Part shown: in pieces, positions 51,628 to 64,000 of the stretch
Layout of the letters: each line of letters opens with the position of its first letter
Position numbering within the stretch: position 1 is the stretch's first letter
From: Ramazzottius varieornatus
Taxonomy: Eukaryota; Animalia; Tardigrada
Assembly: GCA_001949185.1 (NCBI GenBank)
Contig: BDGG01000022.1
Coordinates: 186,001-250,000 of the forward strand
Length of the DNA stretch: 64,000 nucleotides
Reading direction: 5' to 3'
Translations under genes and position numbers: made by a program
Notes under the pieces: model-generated
Database searches by the model: none
Seen by the model: the letters and a program-made list of their open reading frames with translations, nothing else
Told to the model about the DNA's origin: nothing

Positions 51628-54416
51628 ATGAGACTGTGCTCGTCGATATGCGGATTCTTTGGAGGAACCGGCTGCCGTCGCTTCTTTTCCTGCGCTAGCG
51701 GTATGTTTAATGTGCCATCTTAACGTTGCGAAGGAGTGTCCACCAAAGCAGGTGGCTGAAGTTGGTGTATGACGTCATTGTGCTCTCAGTCGGCTTTGGC
51801 ACAGTCTAAAAATAGGTATAATGTCTTTGTAGATGCGGGCGGCGCTCAACTCATCTTCCGCAGGCAGCAGTCGACAAAGCGTAAAGCCAACTCCCGACTA
51901 AAGGATTCGCAGCTACTGCAAGAGACGGATAAAAGCCGTATACGCAATATCGGCATCATTGCTCACATCGATGCAGGTCTGATTACCCTATATAAGTTGA
52001 TACGCGTACGTAGTGGCCAGGGGACGGTAGCTGCTGGGTGGAAAGGAGGGACATAGCCTTTAAGGATCAGTGTGGGGTTACAGGTAAAACGACGACGACA
52101 GAGCGGATGCTCCTTGCGGCGGGCTTCATCAGGCAGGCCGGCGAGGTGGACTCGGGGGACACGGTGATGGACTTTCTGCCGCAGGAGCGGGAACGGGGTA
52201 TCACCATCAGCTCGGCCATGATCAGTTTCCCCTGGAAGGAGCACCGCATCAATCTGATTGACACGCCGGGCCATGTGGACTTTACGCTGGAAGTGGAGCG
52301 TTCGCTGTTGGCCATGGACGGCGTCGTTGTCATCCTCGACGCGGCCAAAGGTGTCCAAGCCCAGACGCAGACGGTCTGGCGACAAGCCAGCAAGTTTGGC
52401 CTGCCCGCCCTCGTCTTCCTCAACAAGATGGACAAGGCAGCAGCCAATGTCGACAAGTGCCTGGCCCACTTGGAGAAGAAGCTGTCGCTGAAGGCGCTAC
52501 CGCTGCAAGTTGCCCTCGACGACAAAGCTCTGCACTTTCCATCGTTACTGGCCGGCCGGCCGCCACAGGATGAAGCCACAAGTGTGGGGCAAGCTCGACA
52601 AGACCTGTATGAAAGGCTGGCGGAGTGTGACGATGACTTTGCCCAAGTTTACCTAGAGTCGACGGCAGAAGACGGGGAAAGAAGGTTGATGGGTAGGTCT
52701 ATGGGGAAAGTCAAGTGCATGTCTATTTGGTGTAACAGTTATGGGCTTGGTGGTTGTTGAAGGATAGATGAGGCGCTGGTGCAGTCGTCCATTCGGCGAT
52801 TGTGCCTGTCGCGGCGCATTGCGCCCGTCTTGATGGGGTCGGCTATGCAGGGTGTGGGGGTGGAGGAGCTGCTGGACGCCGTCGTGGCTTACCTGCCCGA
52901 CCCGCTGTCCCTGACCAAGTCGCTGATCCAGCAGCGCCTGTCCAGCGCCACCTCGCCTTTCTACGGCCTGGCCTTTCGCAACCTTCACGACAAGTACCGC
53001 GGCTTGCTGACCTTTATCCGCATCTACCGCGGCACACTGAAGGCCGGCTCGACCCTCTACAACATCAACACAGGCCAACGCCAAAAGGTTTGTGTGACAG
53101 CCATGGCCGCCCATGGACTAGTCATCCAGTCCCTGCTCTATTTGTACTTACAGGTGGGCAAAGTGATGGAAGCCTATGCCGACGAGTTGCGGGACGTCCG
53201 TGTGGGTAGCGAGGGCAACGTGGTGGTGGTCAGCGGCCTGAGCGCCACGGCCACGGGCGACACGCTGACCCTCCCAGCCGCCACTGACAAGGAAGAGATG
53301 AGCTTGTTGCCCATTCTGCAGATACCCGATCCCGTCTACTTTTGCTCCCTAGAAGCCCACAGTACCTCGCAACAGCAAGCGCTGGAGGAGGCGCTGGCCA
53401 TCATCCAGAAGGAGGATCCCTCCTTGAAGGTCTCGATGGAAGCCGATATAGGCCAGCTGGTCGTCTGCGGCATGGGTAACTGGTCGCCTTACATACAGCA
53501 TAGCCATAAGTGTCAGCGCGAGGGTTGGTCATTATTGTAGGGGAGCTGCATCTGGAAGTGGTTCGAGGGCGCTTAAAAGATCAGTTTGGGCTGGAGACCT
53601 ACATGGGCCCACTACAGGTGGCTTACAAGGAGGCGCCGACGGTGGCTGCTGACCATGTCCAGCAGGTGCAACCCCTCATGCTCTGATTCCATAACCTTTG
53701 ACAGCAGCCAATGCCGTACTGCCCACTTCTCCTGTAGGCTAGTCGGGATGTGCAGGGAACGACGCACAATGTCATGTTGCACCTGCGCCTGCTGCCGACA
53801 GCCGGCAGTGGAGCCTTCAAGCGCCTAAAGGTGCTGGCCACGCAGGAGGAGGACTGGACACTTCCTCGAGACATTGTGCACGCCGTGGAGAACGGGGTGA
53901 TGGCTGCCTTGAGTAATGGGCCCTCCTTGAGCTGCCCGGTGGTGGACGTCAGTGTCGAACTGCTCAAGCTGACCACCAGTCGGGGCGTCTTACCGGCCAT
54001 GGTGGCGGCCGCCGCCACCCACTGTGTCCTACACTTGCTGCGACAAGCTAACTGCCAGGTACAGAGTACAGCCACCCCCAACTCCTTGCCGTGGCCTTGG
54101 CGCTTCAATGCCTGAACTATCATGTCCTTGCTAGGTGATGGAGCCCTTAATGTCGGTGGCGATTAGCGTCCCTATGGAGCTGGTTCACGAAGTCATTGGC
54201 GACCTAGCCAAGCGTCGCGCCCTAATAAAGGAGGTGGAAGTGCTGGACGAGGAAAGCCGAATAGTTCAGGCCGAGACGCCTCTAGCCGAGATGCTGCATT
54301 TCAGCCGCGATATACGGACCGTCACCCGTGGTTTGGCCTCACTGGAGGTGCAGTTTAGCCGCTATCAAGCCCTCACCGCCGACCATCTTCATCAACTGCA
54401 AACTCGAGCTTACTAA
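51628..54416 (+). CDS. GFM2: Mitochondrial ribosome-releasing factor 2 (EF-G2mt)
   Basis: Presequence-like N-terminus, [82 protein letters not shown]...GDLAKRRA. Confidence 0.93.
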
Positions 54417-55316
54417 CCTCTTTTCTTTGATGCCTGTCCTTCTGAATTTGAATGTTTCGCTGGCTATCTGAAACTGGCGCTGTGCCTGCCTTTTTGCCGG
54501 GTTTCGACTCGCAGAGCATCTGCACTGCACGTACGGCAGATGGTCAAGACAAATCCGCGTTTATGCATGAATCATCAGTCTGTTAAAAGATTCCAGCTGC
54601 GTTACCCATTATTTGTGATTCAGTCCTCTGGTATTCTTTGAGTCCTTTCCTCTGTATCGGAACCTAGTCTGCAAGACGGGTCGGGGAAACGGCGGGTACC
54701 ATCCTGAAAGCGCATCCTCCATCCTATTCAGCAAAGTTTTCGCCATCGGAATCTTTCTGGTGCGGAAACGGGCAATTCCCAGCTTGCTCGACGCCTAACC
54801 AAAAGCCCTTCCTGCATCAAGTCCTCGTTTCTGATTGTCGGTGTGATCGCGGCCTTGCGGTTGGCTCCAGCCAGGTCCTAGGACATACTGTATATACTTT
54901 ATCACGTCTCGCTGTCCGTAACTCGTGAGCGCCTCCTTGCTGTTGCATAGTACAGCTTCGGCTCCGCTCGCTCTCCCGTCAGTTTTCCCTGGAACAGAGA
55001 GTAATGAAAAGCCACGAATTATTGACCCTTATCGATCAGAGGAATCAGGACTCTCTGACGGGACAAAAAGGAATGAATTGAGAGACGAAGCAGCAAAGTG
55101 ATTCTTTGGAATTTTGAATGTGGAAAGTGGAATGTAAAAAAACCACATGAACAGTGCAAATAAACAATGGACTTCAGCTGGAATTCCAGCCGATACTAAA
55201 TTCACAGATCCACCAACAGATGCAGTGGAATTTCTTCAGTTCGATCAATCCGCAAATCAATCATGGACGACTGCTCTTGTGAACAGCAGAATCAGAATGA
55301 GCAGATTCGTCTAGAT

Positions 55317-55687
55317 TAGAGCCCTGCAATATGCAGTACGTTCTGCACTGCACTGCATTTTACTGCAATGCAGTGCAGTTGCAGTCGCCGAAATGGTGAG
55401 AAAATGCAGTTGCAGTGCAGTTGCAGTTTTGACAAAGTGAGCACCGTTCTTTTTTTTGCATTTTCTGGCGTTTTTCGGTTGAATATCCGTAAAACAACGA
55501 CGTTTACGTTGTGTTTGACATGTAATTCCGTTGAGGGCAGAAACTCCTAATTTCTAAATGCAGTGCAGTGCAGTACAGTTGCAGTTTGCAAAACAGCAGA
55601 AAAATGCAGATGCAGTGCAGTTGCAGTTTCTGGAAACCGGATACAGTGAGAAGCGGCACTGGTTTCAGCTTCTGCTGCAGGTCTCTA
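55317..55687. mobile_element. hAT-type MITE (371 bp) with internal TGCAG(T) arrays
   Basis: TIR TAGAGCCCTGCA / revcomp TAGAGACCTGCA; flanks gtctagat / atccagat (6/8); four clusters of tgcagtgcagttgcagt-like repeats. Confidence 0.75.
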
Positions 55688-55957
55688 ATCCAGATTCCAC
55701 AGTTCCAGATTTCTAAAGCATCATTGGTTTCTTGCCCCGTCCAGGTTACCTCCACGCTCCAGCAAGCTGCTGTGGTCTCTGCACTGTAAAGCTGCAGTAC
55801 CTCGCCGTTTGCAAACGACGGCGTGCCAAAATGCCGGCTGACTCAGCAGTCGCTGTAGTTAACATACGATAAGTGAAGAACGCCCATCAGCATTCACGCC
55901 GAAGGTCGGATAATCAAGTTATGAGCTGACTTTTTACGAGCCATAAATTTCAGAAAT

Positions 55958-56424
55958 TAGAGCTGTTAATGGTTTGAGCCATATGGTTTGATTAGGTTTA
56001 AGTGGTCTGCATGCCAAACCGGTTAAATAAAAATAGTTTCTCCCACAAACCACTTTCCCACAAACCACCAAAAGTGGTTTGTTCTAAATTTTAAACCAGA
56101 CCAATTTAAATTAAACCACATAAGCCGCCGGTTTGAACCGGTTTGCGAACAACCTTTCGATCACCAGTACATAGTAAATTTTGCCACAGTTTTCTTCACT
56201 TGACTAGACAACTAAAATAACCACCGAGGACAAGATACTGAGGCACAGTTGCTGGTTTCTCTACAAACACACGCAAACAGGCAAAACTGGCGCGTGCCGG
56301 AATTGTAAAGGCACCGTGGCAAGCAAGCCGGTAGTACAATCCTTTTTCCACCAGCAATGCTTTCCAGCACTGTGGGAATTGTAAGGGGGTTTCCAAGTGG
56401 TCTGATCTGGTTTTGACAGCTCTA
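55958..56424. mobile_element. hAT-type MITE (467 bp) with GGTTT/AAACC motifs
   Basis: TIR TAGAGCTGTTAA / revcomp TAGAGCTGTCAA; TSD tcagaaat / gcagaaat (7/8). Confidence 0.78.
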
Positions 56425-56709
56425 GCAGAAATACTCTGATCCGCATCGCGGAAGGCATTATTCTCAGATTTCGGAGCTCTAAAGCATTCGAAAAATGCTT
56501 CCCGGGGTAATGGCTTGCTCGTGAGAGTCCCACGGAAAGGTTTGTTTAATTGATTTTATTCGTTATTCATCTGGTTGCATATTCGGTGACGTAACGTACT
56601 CGCTCCGCCTCGATATTCGCATTACACAATCAATCAACCGCTTGCGCCTGTGTCCCACTCTCCGGCAAGTCGGGGTACAGCAGCTCATCATTGGGTCTCC
56701 GTGTAGATT

Positions 56710-57740
56710 ATGCGGACCAAGGAAGACATCCTGAAGAAGTCAGGAATGGGTTCGTTTGTAGGAAAACCTTTGCAACACTGCTCGTTGGAGACTGGATGCT
56801 TCGTGGTGGCCTTCCACACATTGGTAAGTATAGATCACCTGCTGTCGACCAGCTCAAGCTGTTTGTATTGCAGGTTTTAGCCGGTGTGTTGTTGTTGTTC
56901 AATATCCACAATCTGGTTCTTGCTTCGGACTACATCGTCTGGACTCTCGTCGTCGCCTTCTTGCTGGTTTTTGCTGCATTCATGCTCCTCTGTGACCTTT
57001 TCCGCGTAAGTTTCTCCGTATACGTTAGACACGGCTCTTGTTCAGTAAGATAACGATAGTCCTACGAAACATGAGGGTTCCCTGTCATTCAGACAATGCG
57101 AGACGCCAGCAGACAATGTCGGGATGTTCGTTATTTCAAGTTACGCGCGTTTCTAGCCCCCACACTGAAATTGTGCGCCTCTTGAAATAATGACATATCA
57201 AGATTGTTTGCCGGCCTCCCGCATAACATTACCGTCAGTATGATTGACCCAAAGTTATATTTGATCCTTTTCAGAAATGGCCGGAAATGCTGGGTTTCTG
57301 GATGGGAATCTTTATCTTGCTCATCACCCTACCAGATCGCAATGGTTTGCTGGCAGATATACTACTTCGTCACCCTGGACGTAAGTTGTTGGATTTGTTC
57401 AGCACGCTGTGGTTTGCTCCACTCTGGCTGTACTTTAGGTATCACATTCAATAGTACTGGCCGTAATTCTGCGTTTTCATTTCTTCCAGATGAAATACAG
57501 CAGCGTCGTCGTGTCGATATTCGCCAGCATTGTCGTCTTCGGCATTCTGATCATTTTCGACGTAAGTCACAGTACAGCATTCATTATCTTCGAATGTTTT
57601 GCTGATCAACCGTAAGCTTTTTGGTACTGGGGAAAATATCAGTTGGTTATTCATGGCAGGTTTGGGCTTTGGTGACAGTTCACCGTCGTCGCCGTCACTT
57701 GGGTGGACGAAGACTGCAACCTGTTCCTGTCATGGCTTGA
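56710..57740 (+). pseudogene. Small four-TM membrane protein (LAPTM/Mtp-like) with a +1 frameshift in exon 3 (pseudogene or assembly error)
   Basis: Exons 56710-56823, 56874-57005, 57275-57380, 57490-57561, 57660-57740; CSLETGCFVV before TM1; four hydrophobic segments; exon 3 is 106 nt between phase-0 neighbours. Confidence 0.7.
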
Positions 57741-58311
57741 GCATCTCTTCTGTTTCCGGATCGAAACCTTCAGTATTTTTTTACTTGATGTTCCTTGATT
57801 TGTCCATTGCCAAAAATACTGTACGTGCAGTTTTGTTCATTTCTTAGCCGGCTTTGTTTGTTTTTCTGAATTAGCATTCGTATTTTTCAATATTTGGTCC
57901 TTCAGTGCCAGCACTGCTCTACCGTATCTGTCACTTCTCCTTTACTCCGTTTGAGTCCTTGTTTCTTTTTCACTCGCTTAACGAAGTCGTTGTCTACTGG
58001 ACATGTCGGTCTATTGTACCTCCGGTAATCTAGCTGGAAGTCATTGTAACTCTTGAACTTGTTTCTAGAGTCTTGTTCGGGTGTGACTTCGGGTTCACGA
58101 AGTATCGATCCATCTTGATCTTAAATTCCTAACCTCCATCCTCGGTAGAACTCTGATCATGGTCACTGTCGAAACTACTACAGTATCATCTCTTCCACAT
58201 ACATTCGCACCTGGTTTTTTCCAAACATGGTTTTTCCTCTGCACAATTTCCAACCAGGCAGGAGTACTGGATTTTGGATGACCTTTGAATTCCTACCCAC
58301 TTGCCAAAATG

Positions 58312-59214
58312 CAGTGTGAGTTGACCATAGTGTAAAATGTTCTATCAATCAACAGCTAAATCAACTCCAGCTTTCATCGAACACAGCAACAAGGTTATGT
58401 CACCGATAGGTTTGGTTAAGTCTTTGATTATTGATTAGCGCTGGTGGGGAATCGCATCAGATTACCGGCAGGTTACGAGATCTTCCCGCTCTCCCGCATC
58501 CCTCGCTATCTTCGTCCCCTGTATCCCCCCTATATCCCTCCGCCTCTGTTTACCGAGTAAGTGCTTAGTTCGAGCCTTTGACGGTGGAGAGTGGACCATC
58601 TGCTAGCTAGCTGTCTGTTTCGTGCAGGCTTGTCGAAAAACCTCGAGTTGTCTCATCATTACCTTCATCGCTCTTGTCGTCTGTCTGGCCTCTTCTGTCA
58701 CCGTCAGTTCTGCTGCTGACTTTTCTCTAGAGTCTTCCCTTGGTTCTAATCCGCTCTGTGAGTGTTTCCGTTGCAGGTTAGTGGACATCTAAGCCAATCC
58801 ATATCCCGCTAACCTGTTTGTATGCACGTGCGCGTCGCCGAATGGCGCATGTGTTGTGGTGCATGACAGCTAGACGATTTCGACACGAGTACGACAAGCA
58901 CGTACGTACTTTCTGCTTTTGTCTGTGCATGTGCACTGTAAGCTTATGCTTGTCGCACTAATGTTATGAAGACTGAGCTCTCACGCACCACAAAACATTC
59001 CGGTGGGCCGGAGCTTTATGGTTTCGGGAGTGTTTTAACTGGTGGAAATAAATATTATACAGTTCATTTTTAGCGAACTGTGACGTCATCCTATGCTATG
59101 GGCGTGTCGAGCTTGTTCTGCCCCTACTCCAATCAGCGTTCAGACCGTTGTTCGACGTTTTCGTTATTATTGAATTGATCTATCCACAATTTACACTATG
59201 GTCAACTCACACTG
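58312..59214. mobile_element. Non-autonomous TIR element, probably hAT (903 bp)
   Basis: Perfect 25-bp TIR CAGTGTGAGTTGACCATAGTGTAAA; flanks ccaaaatg / ccaaatg (one-A indel of an 8-bp TSD). Confidence 0.85.
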
Positions 59215-59455
59215 CCAAATGCATCCACCACATCGTCCCGCTGTTACGTCATGTCATCCAATGACATGCATAAACGCTACAATCTGATAATCTGCCGAGC
59301 ATTATTCAGCAGAAGGATCGGACTTATTACAGGATACCTGTCCCTGTTGATCATTGGTGGTGTTTCATGTGATCTCCACCGGTTTACCACCGAGGCCTGA
59401 TGACAGCACGCTTTTGACAACGTCGATTTGCCCACTGTGAATAAGGAGATAAAAC

Positions 59456-61304
59456 ATGTCGGAAAGAGATGCAAGTTATGCAGCAGCAGCTGCGCGTGCC
59501 GCTCCTTCGCCGTCTCTCCAGCCAGTTCCAGCTGTACCTCCATTCATCGGCAGACCTTTACCGCCGCTGAAGCCTAGCCCCACTGTCAAGCGAAACGCAA
59601 AGTGGTACCATGGAGGAGTAGCAAGCGCCATGGTGAGCGGCGTTGCCCTCTTACTGTATAACCAAATCTGTATACAGTGTACGACATAAAGAAAAAATAA
59701 ACCGTTGAAATGGGTGTTGGATGGAGCCAGATGGATAAAACCAATGAAATTTGCGCATGCAACAAGATATAGTTCTCATTGGCTGAGGTCTAGCTGCAGT
59801 GTCACGCCCATTTTTAACGGTTAATTTTTTCGTACACTGCATGAGCCTCATTCTGACGCCATTGTGGTGGCAGTCGTGCAGGAACCGCAGTGACGTCATG
59901 CGCGACTTTTGGTAGAGCGACGGTTGTTTTACTTTACTGTCTTAGTGTCGACACTCTCTAGTCTGTCCAGATCATACGTTTGGTGTCCGTCTTTCCTGTT
60001 AGACTTGTGTTTTAGTAAATCAAACGCTACGATAATCATCTTTCTACTTGCAGGCTGTGTGCTTTACTCATCCTTTCGACCTGGTCAAGGTACGTCGTTG
60101 TCTCTATCCGTGACCGAGAGAGAAATGATTTCACAGTTCGGCGTTGCACCCTTCAGTTACTGCAGAACGATTAGCGTACACAGTACTAACCACGGAATTT
60201 CACGACAGGTGCAATTGCAAACGCAGCAAGAAGGGAAGCTGAAGATCATCCCGCTGACAAAAAGCATCGTCAAACGTGACGGCATCTTGGCCTTATATAA
60301 CGGGATCAGCGCTTCCCTTCTTCGACAGGTACCAGTACTGTATAATACTCATAGCTCTGACAAAAATTACGGAACCAGATTATGAAGCAAAATCTTATCT
60401 AAGCTAGTAACAACCATGTTTCAATTAGGGTCGTTGCTGACTCATCCCTTAAGCAAGGTCTAATCAAGCATCATGAGGTTGTTGTCGTTTCGAACGAAAA
60501 GAGGTTGGTTTTGCTTGCAGCTGACGTACTCGACAGCTCGTTTCGGCATTTACGAAGCCCTGCGGCCCAAGGATGCCGGCAAGAATCTGTCCTTTGCCAT
60601 GAAATGCCTGACGGCCGGAGCGGCCGGAGGCTTCGGGGGTTTTGTAGGAGCACCAGCAGATTTAATCAACGTCCGCATGCAGAACGACAGCAAACTTCCG
60701 GTGCAAGCTAGACGCAACTACAAGAATGCCCTGGAAGGACTGGTTCGTGTCAGCCGGCAAGAAGGAGTGGCGGCCTTGTGGCGCGGCTCTTCCATGGTGG
60801 TAGTCCGTGCTGTACTGATGACCATTGGTCAACTGTCTTTCTACGACCAAGTCAAGCAAATGCTTCTCTTGCTTCCGCTCTTTAAAGATACCGTCTCCAC
60901 CCATCTTTTAGCCAGCTCCATTGCTGTAAGTACATTGGTCACAAGCCGCTCTATCGATGCAGTGGCACTTCACCTTGCTTTGCAGGCCGGAGCCGCCACC
61001 ACCATCACCTTACCCGTCGATGTAATGAAGACCCGCCTACAAAACGCCAAACCCGGAGAGTACAAGGTGTGCTGCTTCTCTGGTGGCCAATGCCACGGCG
61101 GACAACAGGTCACGGTATAAGCTTATCACAGCTATGGTTTTGTAGAGCGCCATGGACTGTTTCCGGCAGACGCTGCGCATAGATGGCCCCATGGGCTTCT
61201 TCCGTGGCTACATTCCGGCCTTTGTCCGCTTGGGCCCACAAACTATCCTAACATTCCTCTTCTTGGAGCAAATTCGCCTACGCTTTGGTACACCCGTTGC
61301 TTGA
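59456..61304 (+). CDS. SLC25A10: Mitochondrial dicarboxylate carrier
   Basis: KWYHGGVASAMAVCFTHPFDLVKVQLQTQQ, LYNGISASLLRQLTYSTARFGIYE, PADLINVRMQND, PVDVMKTRL, FVRLGPQTILTFLFLEQIR. Confidence 0.95.
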
Positions 61305-61899
61305 TATCCCTCTCTCGATAGATGTTCTGTTGCCTTTCATAATTCTCCATCCCGGTAGTGCAAAGCCCAGCTTGCACGAACGCCCCACAATCTGGCATTT
61401 TAATTTTTTATCGAGCTCCTGTGACTGACGTATGAGTGTAGTACTGACAGTGTCGGCAGAAGCAGATCTTTATGATCGGCAAGAGTGATAAATTGTTAAA
61501 TCGGATAACCAGTCATAACTTGATCAAACTTGAAAGCGGTTGGGTCGAGGCGGAGAGCCAGGGAAAATGACGGAACTTGGATCAGTTCATATTAAAGAGT
61601 TCTTGCTTGAGTGGGTCTCCATTGCAGTTTGTGAATTTGGTGGTGCTGCGGGGGGGGGGGAATGACAGAGAGACCACAGTGAAGGGGAAAAGTCCGGCAC
61701 TCACACAGGGGTGAGGTCGACCCTCCATGATTCCCTAAGCGGTGGCAGGTCGACTGCTGCCATTCTACAGTACGAGTAGGAGTAGGGGTATGGGTATGGG
61801 GAGTCTTTTCTCTAACTAGGGACAGACCGGCCTGCGCAGTTGACCATGATGGGAGATATCATTGCTCTGCTAGTCGCTGTCTCGTCTCTCTTCTGTCAG

Positions 61900-62370
61900 C
61901 TACAAGAGCAGATGGATATTAAAGGACAGGAAGCAACAGGACAAAGGGTCAAGTCCTCATGCAGGCAGCTTACTCTGCCGCCCCTCCATCCTACCAGCCA
62001 GAGGACAGAAGGCGTCCCACTGCTCACTGTCCACTACTTACACATCATCAGTCCGAGTATAGTGCCTACTGGGCCATTACTCACACAAGTGCAATGCTGC
62101 CACACTACCTCCTCCATCATCCTTTACGCTCTGGCCCAGCTTCGCTCCGGTGTTCTTCACAAGATCAAGAACGGGCTGCACAACTGCTATCCAAAAGACC
62201 TATTCAACAGAGATGCCAATAAAATAACCACAAATGACTATCTTACTCTACAAGTAAAGCCCCCCCCCCCAGCAAGGACCATCGTCTGCGCACGGCAAGT
62301 CTGGCTCACCCAGCCGTCAAAAGAAAAACTACTCATTGTAAGGGAGAGCAAACACAATTGCAGTTGAACC
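61900..62370 (+). mobile_element. Decayed LINE (CR1/L2-like) 3' RT fragment
   Basis: LLTVHYLHIISPSI and VLHKIKNGLHNCYPKDLF...LQVKPPPPART resemble the post-RT LYxxxIRPxLEY and YKIxNGL motifs; heavily degenerate. Confidence 0.3.
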
Positions 62371-62919
62371 ATGGAGAATGTTGAGGCAGTCTTGACAAGA
62401 TGTACGTCGTGGTTCCTTGGGGGCAGACTTTTTCCCCTAGAAATGCACAAGAGTGATTATTGCAGAACTTGGCAAAGAATTGACTCACCGACTGCATAAT
62501 AAATCCATGTGTAATGTGTCAGCCAAAGGACTTCTTCGAGTGATTGGGTTCAAGGCCAAACAGGTGGATGGGCGGCGGGTGCGGGTCCGCAGGTCCTTTG
62601 GACTCCAGCAGAGGTCCGACGATGGGTGGATAGAGTCAGTAGGGCTTTATGTTTAGGTTCAAGTCATCAAAGATGACTGTGATATGGCCACCAATGGATG
62701 GCATTTCACAACCACTTTGACGGACTAAACATCACACATCATCACTGCCATCAAGTATGCTAGCTCCCACTTTCGCTCCCAGGTCGCTGTTGTCAACGGA
62801 GGGTTGGTGAGGGGAAAGAGCACGAGTTGCGAGAGCGGGCATTTTCATCCCCCCTCCAAAAGATAGAGAGAGAGACTACAGCATCTCACTACCCATGTCT
62901 TTCACCCCACATTTCCCTC

Positions 62920-63700
62920 CTGATATAATACCCAAACAATCATCATCAACTATTCCTCCGTTCGCGCCACAAGAATCCACCGTGAGATATTCCATCACTG
63001 GCCCACTGGTCAGCCTGGCACACAACGGATCGACACGAGGCTTCGTCAACTTCCATCTTAGTGATTTCCTGGCCTTCCCTCCTTCCTTATACCTCGGGCA
63101 CAACGGAAGGCGCCACCAAAGGCCTGCAAGGCAGAAAGAGATTAAAGTATTATAGTCCGGACAACGCAATGGAATGACCATTGACCACTGCTCTTGCCTG
63201 CCACACAGCTTCCTCGGCTGCAATGAGAAAGCGCGCAATAGGCGTGACGTAAGCTCTTTCCATGCCGAGCGGCATTGGACAATGCGGTGGCCAAGAACCA
63301 ATCAAAACACCGCCATTCAACCCTACAACCAATCAAGAATCAGCAATATGCCCTATTTTCATCAACGCACAGTACCTGCTTCATCTCGGTAAGATGACCG
63401 CTGGTCAAGTGAAACTCATCCATCGGGACACTAATGACAAGAAAGCCCAGCAATCTTCTCTTTAGACGCCGCACCGGAAACCCGGATGATATTGAGACCG
63501 GAAGAGCAGTACCATAAAAACACTAACACAGCAGCCGATTGGCCTTGGACCGCAAATCGTTTAACTTTACCCAGAGAAGCCCATAAGGGCTACCCGATGA
63601 TTAGGGAAAGATGGTCCTCCGGGCCCAAGTTGAACTCGACCAGCAAGAATGATCCGGGTTCTCAAAGATGGAAAAAAGGTCCGAAAAACCATATAAACGC
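62920..63700 (+). mobile_element. Decayed LTR-retrotransposon (Gypsy-like) integrase fragment
   Basis: IIPKQ...HREIFHH...GQPGTQRIDTRLRQ..**FPGL (cf. GHPGxxRTxxRLRxxYWWPGL), then MTIDHCSCLPHSF (cf. xDFxGPLPxS); in-frame stops. Confidence 0.45.
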
Positions 63701-64000
63701 GCTAGCGCTCCGCTATCTGCTAATAATTATTATTTCTTTAATTCATTTTTGCCACTTGCGAAACCGCTTAGTGACTCGGTTCACCAGGCGGTACTTCTTG
63801 ATTGGCGCAACCAAAGTTTCCTTCCTATTGGACAAGTTGTTTTATGACTCATCTCAGGACAGACTATCGTCATCATTGACGTCAGCGACCTGCCTATGGA
63901 ATCGGATGGAGTGCGCGAGCGGGCCGAGCGTTTGGCCTAGCTGACGTTCTGCCGGGCCGACGTGTCGAAGAGAAACTTCCTGAATCTTGACAGCTTTTGT

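Noticed and set aside
54600-55000. Minus-strand exon-like segments downstream of GFM2
   Set aside because: No consistent start, phase or motif.
55340-55630. TGCAG-rich repeats that might look like a CRISPR array or Cys-rich ORFs (MQCSCS)
   Set aside because: Irregular spacing, eukaryotic context, and enclosed by MITE TIRs.
58603-58788. 61-aa ORF as an independent host gene
   Set aside because: Lies inside the 58312-59214 TIR element.

Overview
Eukaryotic, not prokaryotic, DNA: a gene-dense stretch of a compact animal (invertebrate-type) genome with many short (about 55-100 nt) GT-AG introns, so the ORF track only shows exon fragments. I assembled gene models by hand from splice sites and recalled family motifs; no searches were run. 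Genes in order: partial unknown Ser-rich gene (-), SSR1/TRAP-alpha (+), HMG-CoA synthase (+), TRPA1-like channel (-), A1CF/RBM46/hnRNP-Q-type triple-RRM protein (-), double-PHD plus SAM protein (+), MISP/AKAP2-like protein (-), PCID2 (-), inorganic pyrophosphatase (+), SCAF4/8-like CID-RRM protein (-), R3H-SUZ protein (-), PRMT3 (+), a two-exon secreted peptide precursor (+), glucosylceramidase (-), GFM2 (+), a frameshifted 4-TM gene (+) and the mitochondrial dicarboxylate carrier SLC25A10 (+). Intergenic DNA holds four non-autonomous hAT-type elements with TIRs and near-perfect 8-bp TSDs, one Tc1/mariner-type MITE, and decayed hAT, LINE and LTR relics. Best candidates for novelty: an unassigned prohormone releasing a C-X3-C-X10-C-X3-C peptide, about 15-fold enrichment of the TGACGTCA palindrome at promoters and first introns, a TRPA1 with altered S6 and reactive-Cys residues, and possible dual-targeted isoforms of HMGCS and PPA.
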